From Antedon mediterranea (Eukaryota > Animalia > Echinodermata), in contig NC_092673.1 in assembly GCF_964355755.1 (NCBI RefSeq), forward strand, positions 12,248,948 through 12,312,947: DNA of 64,000 bases, given 5' to 3'. The position numbers were made by a program, and so were the translations under genes. The notes below the pieces were generated by a model, which was not told where the DNA came from, did not search any database, and was given only the letters and a program-made list of their open reading frames with translations. Positions 35,783 through 50,700 of the stretch are shown one piece after another (the stretch's first letter is position 1; each line of letters starts with the position of its first letter).

Positions 35783-38700
35783 CTGTTAAAACAAGAAAAC
35801 AAATATTGAAACGAAATTCAACAGATACAGAAATCCGAGCCAGCTCACCGGTACAAACAGTGGTAACTTTTAAACCTGCTTGAATAAAAGGAATGTATAC
35901 CTAATGTGTGTACTTAGTGTTTGTCTACTGCATTTGAAACAGCGACTATACTAACCAATTTATTCTTGAAAAAAGGCAATAAAGCTATACTTTAATCATG
36001 AACCCAAATTAGATTTGCCCACAATGCCCAACAAAAAATCGTCAATCGATTCTAATAAAAAAAAGTTGTTACAAACCTTAATAATTATATCATCTCCTTT
36101 TGTTCCAGGAACCATATTAAAATGTGAAATTTCTGGGCTTAGTTTGGTTGCTGTACGTGCATATGTTTGATAGCATGTATGGATAAGGTCTTTAGCCATC
36201 TGTAGATGCCATTCATCAAGACCATTTTTGTAGCCGAGAGCCAACGTTCCAGGTAAAAAACAAGCTAAGTGATCCTAGATAAAGCAAGTCATGATAAACA
36301 ACAGGAAACATGTTACAAATCCACCAACCAAGATGAGACAGAAAAAGTGAAGAACCACAAGAAGAGACGGACTTCCCTAGTCAAAAAATGTTTTAGAGAT
36401 TGTTACTGAGAGACTTTCCAGGTATATGAACATTTCAATTGTCAAAGTGGACATTCATGTTGGCAATGCCACTGAAAAAATTTGAAAGTCGATGTGCCAG
36501 TCAGCTTGCGTATATGCATATCATACAAATCACGTCAACAAAGTGGCCATGCAAATCAAGTCCCTATATGACCCCAAATCATAAATACAATACAATTTTA
36601 ATAAAAAAAGTAATCACCATTTTCGCAGAAAATCTTTCTCCACTCAGTAGTTCTCCAATAAAAGTTAATTTACTTGGTTCTGAAGTTCGAACTAATTTTT
36701 CTTTGGCTCCATTCATAGCATTTAAATAGTCATCAAGAAACCTAAGAATAAAAGAACAATCAGTATAACTGTAGAAACAATTTATTAATAATAGTATACA
36801 CTATAGAAGAACAGGTAATGTTAACAAATAGATATGAATTACACTTCTCATAGGCAATAAAAACAGTTTTAGTATTATCAATCAATAAAAAAAAAAGTAG
36901 AATAGAACCTCTATTGAAGGGAACCAAGAAAGTGTCTCCTAATATGGATTGGCTTTAGTGTTTATTAACTTCACAGGAATGTGTCCTTAACAGGTGTCCT
37001 CGTAATAGAACCGTCCCAAAAAAGAGACTACTACATATTACAGTACCTTCTACCGTTTAAATCTACATTATAATTTGAGTAAGGGAAAAAAGGTTTGTTT
37101 GTAAAACTTGTTAGTGGGTGAACAGATGGCACTCTAATATATATGTAGTTCCATGTAAAATTTTTGTATTTGTTTTTAAACGGTTTTAATTTTCATTCAA
37201 TAACATAAATTTTACAAGAACACACAAAAACATACAACTAGGTGTACAAGCCCACGCTATTCCATATGGTATTACTTTCTTCCCACCGGCAGGAGAGACA
37301 CATTCTCCAAATCAGTCAGTTTTCAAGGTTTAGTTGGGTAAAGTTACACCACCATTGTTGAATTTTGTTCTGATATCACAATTAACGCTACCCTTCCCCT
37401 CCCCTGTTTAATATAACACCAAATAATAAGATTTATGCAAAATCAAGCTAGATGGATTTTAAAGCTCAAGAAAGGATTTCAGAAATGTGTTGAGATACAA
37501 CCGCATGTACTTAACAAAATCTCACACAACCAAGAAAAACAGTTCTTGGCAGATAGCAGTGCCGATCTATATACAGTCAAACAAAACGTAATGTTGTTTC
37601 AGTTTCTTTTTATACTGATATGGATATAACAATATATTCAAATATATTGAGGTGTAACTTCGCTTAGACCTGTATCAAACAAAAAGAAATTAGGTAAGAA
37701 AAACTTAGGTGCTCCGTCAAACATCTTTACATTTTTTTTAAAGGTATATAATTACGATGTAAACCAATTGATTATATTCCACTCAATTTTATAATAAGAT
37801 AGGGAAAGTTGATTGTGTTATGTTATAATAGGGGAGGGGATACTTTGTAGTGCATCGTCATTTCCACGTCATTTGTTGTACGAAAATACTATCAAATTGT
37901 ACACTGTAATTGTGTTTTATAAAACAAGATTAGAGCATTTAAATCTTTAATACAAAATAATAATTATTCAATACTATACAGTAATAATAGGTTGTCCTAC
38001 TTACATTGTTTCACTTTTACTTGTCTGAATCCACTGCTTTAGCAAATATTCATAATAACTATCGCCTCGAGCACCAAAAGTAACGGTAGAGCGAGCACGA
38101 AACTGTCCATTGTTTGCATTGATGAAGATCGGTACAAGACCATTAGCTTTTGGAAGATTATGAATATGTGTACTGACTTTATCTACAGCCTCTTTATACC
38201 TCATATCTCCAGTTGTAAAACTTAAGTCTCTAAACTCCAACTGAATGGTAGTCACCTCAGATACTGTGCTGTCTGGACCCCACTTAGGCGCCTTGGCAAC
38301 TCCAGTCATTAAGTTCACATCTGCATATGGTATACTAGACTTGCTTCCAAAACAAGGTAATAATTCATTTCCAAGTAATATCTGTTTAAAAATAAATTAG
38401 ATACACTAAAAAGTACAGTGAAGTTTGTTCACACTGCCCAAAAAAAACATTATACTGGAGATCCACAATCTAAATGTTAATTACCTACAATATAGTCGAA
38501 CAAAAAATTTTTAATTAAATCAAAAAATATTCATTAAAAGAATGTGTAAGAAATATACCATTTTCAAAAGAATGTTTTCATTTTTTGAATTCAAAGAGTT
38601 GAAAGATCATGACTAAATTGCACAATTAATGAGTTTAAAGATGATTGGAGCAAGTTGAATTGACAGTATAAGACATAGACATTATAAAAACACATATTGT

Positions 38701-41700
38701 AATTACAAACGCTATTTCTATCTTGATTTAAATGTTGAAGGATACCTTTTAAAAGGCGGCCCATGTGGTCGGTTAATTTCAACAACATCAGAGGTAAAAT
38801 TACAGTGTGTCTTGTTTTTATAATTTGTAAAATATTGTTTATCTTACCGCTTTTTCCAAAAATACAGGTTCATCAGACAAATGATAAGCTGATAATAATC
38901 CCCCTAAAACTCGTATTGTAGTTTCAAATAAATTCACATCCTTACGTGGCTTAATATTCATATCATTAGCAACCCAATCTCTTGCCTCTAAAAACTCTGT
39001 TAAGTAAAATTTTCAATGAAAAACTGATTTTTCCAATAAACTATTGTTTTGTTTTTAAAATTTCATAATAATAATATACTATATTTTATATAATAAGTAT
39101 TGATTGACAAGAGGCAATAGCACAAGGTTTTATAAAATTGCAAGATGATGCTTTACTTTTTTCTGCAAAAAATTAGGACAAACACAGGCTTGAAAGTCCT
39201 GCTATTCATTACTCTGCAGGGCATACAACTACTACGTTTCATTATAATATTCTAATCTGCTAAAAGAATAAAAGTTTAGTTTAGAATGTTGAATTACCTT
39301 TTTTTAATCCCAAAAGAATCATTGTATCTAAGGAGTCAATTAATGTCAAGCCTAGGTTAAACCATTCATTCCAAGACTTTGAGACTGGCTTGAGTTCATC
39401 ATGTCCCCAAGCATAGGCTTTGTATGCCTTCCATGCATGTTGGAAGGCTGCTAGTACTGCTTCTTGCTTTTTATTTTGAGGGCCTAAATAAAAATAAAAA
39501 ATTAGATTTTACCTTGATCACCTTGACGAATAAATTGGTAGGGTAAGAAAAGAGAAATCAAAGAATCTAATTTTCACCACTATGGCACTTGTGAATACTG
39601 TCCAGGCGGGCCTTGCGCCTTAAATTGCAGGGGAACAGTGCGGTGGTGTTTGAATCATCTTTATTTTTTTGTCATTAACAGGTTGTCTTTAGTTAGCCTA
39701 TTTCCTGTTCAGAGTCTAGATAAGTTTAATAATCAACAAACACTCAAATCGCTCTGATCTTTACAAAATAGCGCTATATAAATGTCGCATAGATAGAAAG
39801 ATAGATTTTGACCAAATCAATCAATCAATTTTTTTATGCTGTAATTGCCAGTTACCATTTATCTCTATTATAGTCGCTAAAAAAAAAACAGGTTGCTTAA
39901 TTTCCAAGTCCCTTATCCATATTGTAATGTAATGATATAGATTTATAATTGAAGAATCAACCTTTGTATTAGAATTCAACAGATTAATTGTTTAAAAAGA
40001 TTATTAATGATAAACAGATTAGTGGATCGCCAACACGATTCATAAAACGTTATAATGTATATGCAAAAAGTTACTGATTTAATTTTGTTTGCAAGAATTT
40101 TTTATAACTATGACATTTCCTAATTAATGATAGCATAGTCTACGTGTTTGATGACATTTGTTTAGTAATGATTTGATTTCAGTTAAAAGTGAATTGATTT
40201 ATGATTAAGTTTTGATTTTGTAACAATTTTGATAATGATTAATTTTGAATTTTGATGATCAATATTGAAATATTTAATATTTTAAGTGATTAAGTTTGAT
40301 AATTTGACTCAATTATTGATTTTAGGTTAATCAGCCACAGTTTATATTTAATTGATTGATTGATTTATGTTCAATAAAGGCCAATAAAATGCAATAAGTT
40401 GTTGAATATATATTCAATGTATCATATTATTCTTTAAGTTTTATATTTTTATTTTAACCGATTTATGTTTGATTTATGCAAATCCCATTATTATAGATTA
40501 TAGTACATAATTAACAGAGTGGCCTTCCTGACCGATGTTCTTTAGGGAAACCCCACCGTTGTGATGTCTTATTTCTTATTGATCTTGAACAACACTTTTG
40601 TTTTTTATTCACCAAATTTGTTTCCAACCTTTGTAATCCTTGCATTTTTATACCAAATTAATATTTTTAATTTTAACATTTTTTAAAAAAAGATAGAAGA
40701 GAGAGTGAAAGCGATAAGGTTACACTTCAGAGTCAATGGTTTTGACTAACTCAATTTTGCTTATACAGTATGTATAATGCTTTTTTTCTTTTATATAACT
40801 TTAAGTTTGCATGCCACTATTATAACCATTTTTATATTTTAAATAGATTATTACAAAAAAAAAGAGGAACCGGAGGGTTTTAATATGATGATATATTTAT
40901 AATTGAAGAATCAACCTTTGTATCACAATTCAATTGAGTTCATCAATTTGTCCCAGAAAGGTCCAGAGAAGAGATTGTCCAATTAAGGTCCATTAGGCAT
41001 AATAATTAGATCCCCAAAGAAAACAGTTGATTTGACCTATGATCTCTCCCATCGTTAAACTATTAGAGATTGTCACTTTTTAAGCAGATTCAACAGGGCC
41101 AATTCGTCAATGGTGGCGTCGTGCCGGTATCGTTAACGGCATATACCCATTCTCATCGGACTATCATGCCGGAAATATAACCGGTATATACCGGCTTTCT
41201 GTGAGAAAGGAGTCGGGCATATTCGGCCAATAAAAAGTTTCTGACAAAATAATTATTGAGGGCGTCCTTTATTGTTATTATTTTTTTCTAGCGATATATG
41301 GCGGCGATTTTTAAGTTACAGATTATTATCTTCCTTTATAGCATATTTATGCAATACATGCTATGTACAGTATATTGTGCATATATTATACAGGTACAGC
41401 AATTAATTAGCCGTCATCGGCAATCTGTAAAGCACCTTAGAAGGCTGTACAATTTACAAGGCGACGAAGGGTCAGGCACCAACAAAGAGCTATGGCCTAG
41501 CCTAGGCCTATAGATTATGCTACAAATTTCTTCTTGTCCCCTTATTTAAGCAGTTCTCTTATCTCATTATCCCTCCAGTTCAACATTATTATTATTATTG
41601 TTAATTGAATTGAATCGGCGCCAAAGTGATACACTTGACCGCGCAAGGTGTCAAAGCCTCGACGGGGAATTAAATATAACGGCGTTACGTTCTCACAGAA

Positions 41701-44700
41701 TGCCCGTCTGGCATTGCGGGGAATATCCCTAGAATATTACTAGGTCTAAAGCAGGTCATGTCGATGCCGGCATGATGCCAAGACGACCCGTTCTCACAGA
41801 AAACCATACTGGCATGGTAATGGTATATTCCCGCAATATTCCTGGCACACAGCTCTGTGAGAAAGGGGCTTATGTTACAGTTCTGATATAAGGCTGTGCG
41901 GGTTCTTTTGTTCGTTGTGTTTAAGCTCTTGCTATGTTCTTATTTTGTAAGTACTAAGCTTAACTTGTATATATGTATAAGCAACTGATTTACCATATGT
42001 TAACTATAATCATGCTTACAATTAATGAAACTTGCATTTACTATATTTATCTTAGATTCAGAGGTATAATAGTCAGGAGTTGTTATCACGAGTTGATGCT
42101 GTGTCATATGTTTGGTGTTGTATAACTTGAGGTACTATTATATTGTGATTGTTCGTTGTTGGATTGGTACATTATTTACTTACTGATATAATTGACTGTT
42201 AGATACAGTGGTTGTTACTTGTTTATTCATATTTTGCAGGGCTTGAATTCTTGTATTTGAAATAATTTGTATAATGATTTGATGCTGGAGTACAATACGA
42301 AACTAATAAATCGGATAGAAGGAAAGAATCAAAGTGTATTCTCCTTTATTTGTTTGGAACCACGACATTACACCGTACTGAATAAGCAACTGTGATATTC
42401 AATCAACCAAGCGAGTAGAGTCTTTAATGCAGTTCAACCTCACACATTATATTCAATATAATCGCTTCTCTAGGAATTCCCTTAAAATGTTTCCTGTTGT
42501 TGAATTACACAGGTTTATTTTAGTAGCTTACCATATTTTGGTTGATGTTTGATTGGAATTTTATGGTTCTCATTCTGCTTCTCATCTTCTCCATCATCTT
42601 CATCATCATCTCCACCAGGTTGATGAATCACTGGTTCATCGACATTATTATCTTGATCAACCTAAAAAATGTCACTTAAGTCTTAATCTCTGTCTACATG
42701 ATGATGTCATATCGGTATAGGCACATCACATTTTTTTGTCAAACTTGTTTGATAATCTGTATCAAAATTTATGTGACAAAAAATGTTACGTACTTATATA
42801 ATGGACATGATGATGTCATATCACTACCATATTTGGTCATATCAATACCATATTTGGGCATAACACAACTATATTTGGCAACATCACGTTTTTTTTAAAC
42901 GTTAATATTGTTCCTGTCAAATCTGCCAACTCAACGCATCTCAACGATCGACAGGAAAACAGGCATTAAAGAATACAATAATATATGGGGTCTCTGTTTT
43001 AAAAATCTTGAAAATAAATCCATTTAGAACACATATTGAGAGTTTTAGATGGATCTCTTCTCGATGAAAGAACTAGAACTTAGCTCAGCAGAGACAAAGC
43101 GCCTAAGATTTTTTTTTTTATAGTAAAATAAGATTTAACGAAATCAAGTTTGTAATCCAAAACCAAATTTGGCAATTTTAAGATCCTATCTTTCATATTA
43201 TTTAATTAACGATTCTGACAAAATCAATCAATCAATACTGTATATCTTTTAAAAATCAATTATCTTTATTTAAATAAATATGCATATAACTGCTCATTCA
43301 TCATAGTGACAACAATTCAAAATTAACAATTACCTCATTCACTGTATCTGGATGGTTTACATTTGCTATATCTTCTTTGTTTCTGTCAGCCTTTTTACCA
43401 GGCTTTAAAAAAATGTAAAAAGATAGGCAAGTACAGTAAAAACAAAAGATAGGCAAGTACAGTAAAAACAAAAGATAGGCAAGTACAGTAAAAACAAAAG
43501 ATAGGCAAGTACAGTAAAAACAAAGGCAATTGTTTTAATAGTAAATATAACCATAACAAGTTTTAATTGCATTGAAGTTATTCCTATAGTGTATTAAAAA
43601 ATTAACAAACCTGGCCATCATTCTCAAAATGAACATAATCTTCACCTACACCATAATCCCAAGGTGGTGCTTTTACTGCATTTTCCATACCAGACGTTGA
43701 TGCCTTTCTATGTAACAATATGTATATACATAAAACTATACCTATAGCTAACAGGAAGGAGATTATATTCTTCTGAAGTCGAGACATTCTGCGCCAAACC
43801 TTGAGAGAAGAAAAATATTTACTAATTCTCAATGCTATTTTTAATTGACAAAATGTAAACTGGCTGTTTTAATACTTTATTGTATTGATTCAGCTAAGCT
43901 TGTTGTTTTTTTTAAAATTGTATCTCAGCCACTGGCTTGGGGTGAATGAATTAGGACGTGACGATCGGACATGTGGGGCAAGAAAGCCTTTAGAGTCCTT
44001 TCGACTGCCCAAAGTTCTAGGAGGTTGGTGTGGGCGCGCCTCCTTCGATGTCCAGACACTGGAGGCCCGTATTGCCTTGGAGCAACCGCCCGCCCTCTAT
44101 GGATGTCCAGCATTGATTTTTTAATTGGCACTCCCAGCCATTCGTAAGCCGTCTGAGCACGAGCAGTGATTAGATTGCATACTGCACTCATTGCAGACAC
44201 TATTCGTTGTTGGGATGGACACGGCATCCCCGTAACGAGAAAAAACCACGGCAGCATTCTTACCATGCATGTAAACATGCGAGGAGCCGTGAGGCCGAAC
44301 GTGGATTCTGAAACTCAACCCGCATTGATCTGCCTCAGCGATATGGACGTGAAAGTATGTATCTTTCAGATCTATAAAGGCCGCCCAGTCTCCTCGTCTT
44401 AGCCCCAACAGGAAGGATGAGACCGTCTCTGGGGTCTAGTTTGACAATTTTTACGAACCTTATGTTTATGATTTAAGTTTTAAGTATAGAATACTAATAT
44501 CACGCTTTAGATTATCGTGCCTTAATCTGTTGATTGAAAAGGGGCGACATTTAAAAATTAATCAATTATGTTTAGAAGATGAAAAACATCTTTTTTACTG
44601 TCCTTTTTATAAAAACATTAGGAAAAAATATGTGCCTTATTTAAATGTATACATGTTAAAAAATATGTTTGTTTTATTTTAATGTATACATGTTAAAAAA

Positions 44701-47700
44701 TATGTTTGTAAAATTCAAAAAGTCTTTTGCAACCTATTTATGTAAAGCTTATGAAAAGAGAAAAACCTTACGAAAATAATATAGATTATATTATGTGAAA
44801 TGGGCCAGAGGCCATTGTTTATTGAATAAATGGAAGAAAAGAAAGTAAGGCCGTCCAGACGACCACAACTCTTTTGTGGCTCTGGCGGTATCCTTGTCGA
44901 GCGAGCTCCCCCAATTACCATATGTTTATTAACGCTAATACGATAGCTGTTTGCAATTGTGGAGAGAAACCACCTACTCTCCAGAAGGGTCTCCCACACT
45001 CAGGCAAACCATCTTAGGCGACCTCCCACTTGTCTGACCTTTGGAGGGACCACCAGCACGTCACCAGTACTTGCAATCACTGTTACTTTGCAATCTTGGT
45101 GTTGGACATGCAGCCCTGTCTGATCCGCCTCGTGCAGGATAGAGATTATGGGCATGAAAAAGGACTGAATTTTAAACAGACTTGTGGTGGCAGCCATGGA
45201 GGCTAATGATTGCACCCTCTTTTCATAGCAACCTCATCAGCAGCCAGCAGGGTACAGGCCACATTACATCTGTGAGGGGAAAAGTCATGCGCCCACTATC
45301 GGTTGCTACCTTCAATATCCTGCTCAGCAAAGCATGCATAGTAACTGGAAATGACCTTATTTCCGTAATCAACGATTGAGAAGCCTTTAAATTGTTTTTC
45401 TTATGAATAATAAATTCATTGAAGATAAGATATGGAATAACCATGTGACGATCTCTTTTAAACGAAACAGCCATTTCGAAGGTTTTAGATTAAACAGTTT
45501 TTTAGGATCGTTTTTTTTTCTGTGTAATTTTGCAGAAATATAAAATCAAAACCTAATTTTTTTAACAAGTAAATATCAATATAATAACTGTATACTACTG
45601 TATTTATATTTGAAAAAAAATCATGATGTTTAAGATCAATGTTTATTATTGTGATTTTGTATACAATAATAATAAAAACATTTAGGCATATACCATATTA
45701 TATAATTATAGCTGATTATTATACTAGCCTACGAAGAGGCCTAGGCCTTAGACAGTTACGTAGTATCTATTATTAATACAGTATAGTATACCCAGCAGAC
45801 AGACAATATAATAAAGGGTACTGTTTTATATTTTACAGATTGATCTGAGATTTTCTCTAATTAATATTGTATTATATTTAAATTTCAGCTGCTTTCGGCT
45901 TTTTGGGTGTTCGACCTCCTTAATTATTTCAGGGACATGGTATGCGCCTTCATAATGGATGTCGCTCTGGTATTCTCATTGCACAAAATAATCGTTTCCT
46001 TCTGCATGTATGGACTCGCCTCCCTGCTCTCCTAGCAGTCCCAACTCAACTCCCTACTTCTTTATTGATGGCAGTACATGATCCTCAAGTAAGTGGAGCT
46101 TAGGGGATATTCTTTCATTCTATTGGTGAAAGTCGTCCATAAATCTGTATAAATATAACATTATTTTAAATATTGATTACATTTGTTCTCATTCCATAAT
46201 TTTACAACTCGTAAAGAAAACTTTATTTATATATAGTAGTTTGAAATCAAGAAAAATGATACCAATTGATTGGATGTCATCGGTTGTTACACCCTGCAAT
46301 TGTTATTGCTGTTGTGTACTGCTGGGTATTTAGAGAGTAAGTTGATGTACTTTACTTCAATCTAAGCTGCTTTCGTCATTGGCAGTTGTCCCTTACTAAT
46401 GGACAAGAGATCTGCCTCTACAGTATACCAACCACTCTACAACCATTCTTGCATAGGTCACGTAAGACTTTTATAAAAATAAATACAGTATTATAATAGT
46501 AGTAATAATAATATAAATAAGATTCATGTATATAAAGAGGCCTACTACTATTATTTATTAAAATTAGAATAAATAATTCTACATACATAGCTTTAGTGCC
46601 TTGTGCACATGATTGCTATTGAATTGCCATTGGCATCAGCAACACTTACGATTTGTATCTCTGCTTTAAAACTTTCACCACCATGATCTCCACCAAACTT
46701 CAGCCATATCTCATTGTCGATGTATATTTAAAGTTTATTTTGCCTGTAAAATATAATAACAATGTTATTCTTTTTTGACAGGAACAAAATGTGGGCACAG
46801 AATTTAGAAGATAAAATTATAAACTTATTGGTGGTACTCGTCAAGGTAATTAAAACCAAAGCCTTTATATCTAGGATGTGAACAACAGCTACCTCTTTCA
46901 AACTGAGACCTTTGTGCTGACTGGAATAAACAACAGTTACTCATTTTTTTATTCCAACTCGCAAAGCAGTTCCTTCTAGCGTTCTCTCATTATCTTTTCT
47001 GACGGTATTAGTCCTGGAACATACCTGGACGTTTATTAATGCAAATAACTTAATATAGGAGTGCCAACATAATAATATACTGTATTATATAGCATCTATA
47101 TTTAATTAAAATACAACTCCTATTAAGGGGACACCTTCAGGACCTAAAAAATTGTCAGAAAAGAGGGCAATTCTATAGCATATGAATCATTGTTTTATCC
47201 ATACAAATACAGTAGGTATATGTAGTTACATTACTTATTATTATTTTACCTTCTTATCTTCAACAGTTGATTCCATAGAACATTTGATCTGTCATCATCG
47301 CCAGCGCCTTATCAACTGTGATGCTTTTCCTTGCATTGATGCTTGCAGCCTATAATGTTTGGGATGGTGTTGATTTTAGTAAGGCCATCTCCTGCTTATC
47401 TGAACAACTATTGCTGATCTGTTTTTGAGTGGGTTTTTACTGCATTTTTCCTAGGCTGTTAAACACGCGTGTTTATAATGTTTAGTGTATAGATTGGATT
47501 ACCCAAAAATCTATAATAATTTTTAGAAGAATTTAACGCACTTGTCAATTGTATGCCCATAACCACCACCTCCGCCCCTGCGGATGTGCGTCATATCCCA
47601 GCATAAAAAAGTGGATTACCTTAAGGTGACTATGTTTATGATAATTATGGTGGGTGGTAAAGTGACGGGCAATGACACACCAATGTTTGTCAAAAATTAT

Positions 47701-50700
47701 TAGTAAATCATGCACCTCTCCCGGGGTTCATAAGTGGGTCATTCAATTGACAAATGCATAAAAATGTATTTAATAATAGTAGGCTAGTCAATCTAGCAAA
47801 AAAAACAGCCCAAAGTGAAACAAATTGCAAACAGAGATTTTTCTTTTTTAAATGGTCATATATGATGAGGAGATCAAAATTTGAGCATCACACCTCTGTC
47901 ACTCATCCCGATGATATGCAAATTAGCTTAAATATGCAAATTAGGGTGAAATTACAGGGTTACCATATCTCAAAAACTACTAGTCCGAGAGAGTTGATTT
48001 TTTCACTGATCTATTCAAAAAGTATATATTTATATTTACTCTAATGAAACATTTTACGAAAAAATGACCGGAAGTACAACATTTGACCTTCGACCCCATT
48101 TCTCAATGTTTGCATACAATGTGACTAAAATGTCTGTAGAGACTTTATTTTGCCCTCAAATGACCCAGACATAGGTTCCTAATAGCCAGCATAGGATCAC
48201 TTTGTAATTCCCAAAATCACACCTTTGTCACACACCTCGAAAGTATGCAAATTAGTAGTACAATTTAAATAAAATATGCAAATAAGGGGAAAAAATTACA
48301 GTTGTCCTATATCTCGAAAACCACTAATGCTAGAGAGCTGATTTTTTCACAGCCGTATTCAAAATGTACATATTTCTATTTGCTCCAATGAAACATTTTA
48401 CAAAAAATTGACCGGAAGTATGACATTTGACCCTCGACCCCATTTCTCAATACAGTATTGCATATATAAATGAAACTAAAATGTCTGTAGAGACTTTGTT
48501 TTGCCCTCAAATGACTCGGAGACAGGTTTCTAATAGCCAACATAGGAATGTTTAGTAAATCTCAAAATCACACCTGTATCACTCACCTTCAAAGTATGCA
48601 AATTATTAGTACAAGTTACATGAAATATGCAAATTAGAGGGTGAAATTAAAGGTTCCTATATATCGAAAACCACTAAGGCTAGAGAGTTGATTTTTTCAA
48701 TAACTTGTTCAGAATGTACATATTTATATTTACTCTAATGAACCATTTTACGAAAAAATGACCGGAAATACAACAATTGACCCTCGACCCCATTTATCAA
48801 TGTTTGCATACATAATGCGACTAAAATGTCTGTAGAGACTTTGTTTTGGACTCAAATAACTTGGACATGTTTCCTATAGTCAGCATAGGACCGCTTTGTA
48901 ATTCCCAAAATCACGCTTTCGTTTTGGCATAGTTGGAATTCCCTTTTTTCGTATTAGTTTATGTACAGCGCTTAGAGGTTTCACAACATTAGGCGCTATA
49001 TAAATCCAGGATATTATTATTATTATTATTTCTCAATATTTGCATATAATGCAACTAAAATGTATCTACAGACTTTGTTTTGGCCTCAAATGACTCGGAT
49101 ACAGGTTTTATATAGCCAGTAAGTCAAGCACCTCGAAAGTATGCAAATTAGTAGTACAAGCTATATGAAATATGCAAATTACAGTGAATTGCCTTATGTA
49201 TCTCGAAAACGCTAATGACCGAGAGAGAAAGATATGGCAACTTTCTTGTACTACTGATTTGCATACTTTCAAGCGAAGTAACAGAGGTGTGATTTTGAGA
49301 ATTACTAATCAGTTCTATGCTGGCTATAGAAAAACCTGTATCTGGGTCATTATTGAAAAAAAAAATTATCGAAAGTATGACATTTGACCCTCGAACCTAT
49401 TTCTCAATATTTGCATATAATGCAACTAAAATGTATGTACAGACTTTGTTTTGGCCTCAAATGACTTGGATACAGGTTTTATATAGCCAGTATAGGATCG
49501 TTTAGAATTCCAAAAGTCAAGCAACTCGAAAGTATGCAAATTATTAGTACAAGTTATATGAAATATTCAAATTACAGCCTTATGTATCTCGAAAAACGCT
49601 AATGACCGATAGAGATATGGCAACTTTCACCTCTTGTACTACTAATTTGCATATTTTCTAGGGAAGTAACAAAGGTGTGATTTTGAGAATTACTAACATT
49701 TCTATGCTGGCTATAGAAAACCTGTATCTGAGTCATTTGAGGCCAAAACAGTCTGTACAGATATTTTAGTTGAATTATATGAAAATATTGAGAAATAGGG
49801 TCAAGGGTCAAATGTCATAATTCAATCAAGACAATTTTTGCGTAAAATGTTTCATTACACGAATATAAATATGTACATTCTGAATCAACTCTGAATTCAA
49901 ATCAACTCTCTAGAATTAATGGTTTTTGAGATATGGGAAGACTGTAATTTCACCCCTAATTTGCATATTTCATGTAACTTGTACTAATAATTTGCATACT
50001 TTCAAAGTATGTGACAAAGATGTGATTTTGGGAATTACAAAGAGGTCCTATGCTGACAATAGGAAAACTGTATCCGAGTCATTTGAGTCCAAAACAAGAC
50101 CAACAGCCATTAAGTCGCGTGCTACAATGCATAGTGATACCGGACCGACAGAAAAACAGACCGACAGACAGACAGACGGACCGACCGACATAGTGAACTA
50201 TACTGACCGAAATTACTGAACATGTTTAAAAATGTTGAAATGTTTAAAAACATTTATATTTTTTTAATTTACACGTGCGTAGCCTGTCACTTTTGACGTG
50301 CTCGTATAACGTAATTTCGAGTTGAAAAGTAAGTCAAGAAAACAGAAATCGGGTAGGAAGAGTGCGCAATAACATTTAACGCGCAGTGCGCGCGCAAAAA
50401 TCTGCGCACTCATGGCAATTTTGTAAACGCTTAAAATTGCCTGAAACGTACTCTTATTTCATCGAAAATAAATTTTGAAAATTTTAAGCGCGCTTACGCA
50501 TGCGTTACATGCGCTACGCACGTAATTGTATTGCCATATGATGATTTATGCCCTGAAATTTATGAGTACCAAATTTTATTTAACTGTGATTCATGGTTGT
50601 TAAGATATGATTACAAACGTGATTTCGTTAAATCGTGCGTAGACCGCGTAATTTTTTATTGCGCACCGTGAAAACATAACCACATCGATTCCTGGCCATA

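Noticed and set aside
41873-42372. Solo LTR (TGTTACA...ATTACA with AATAAA)
   Set aside because: Plausible TG..CA ends but no matching TSD and no second copy in the window; left uncalled.
45880-47455. Additional MAN1B1 5' exons
   Set aside because: They have splice signals but encode transposase motifs with stops; exon 1 at 62260-62349 joins exon 2 in frame and matches the known N-terminus.
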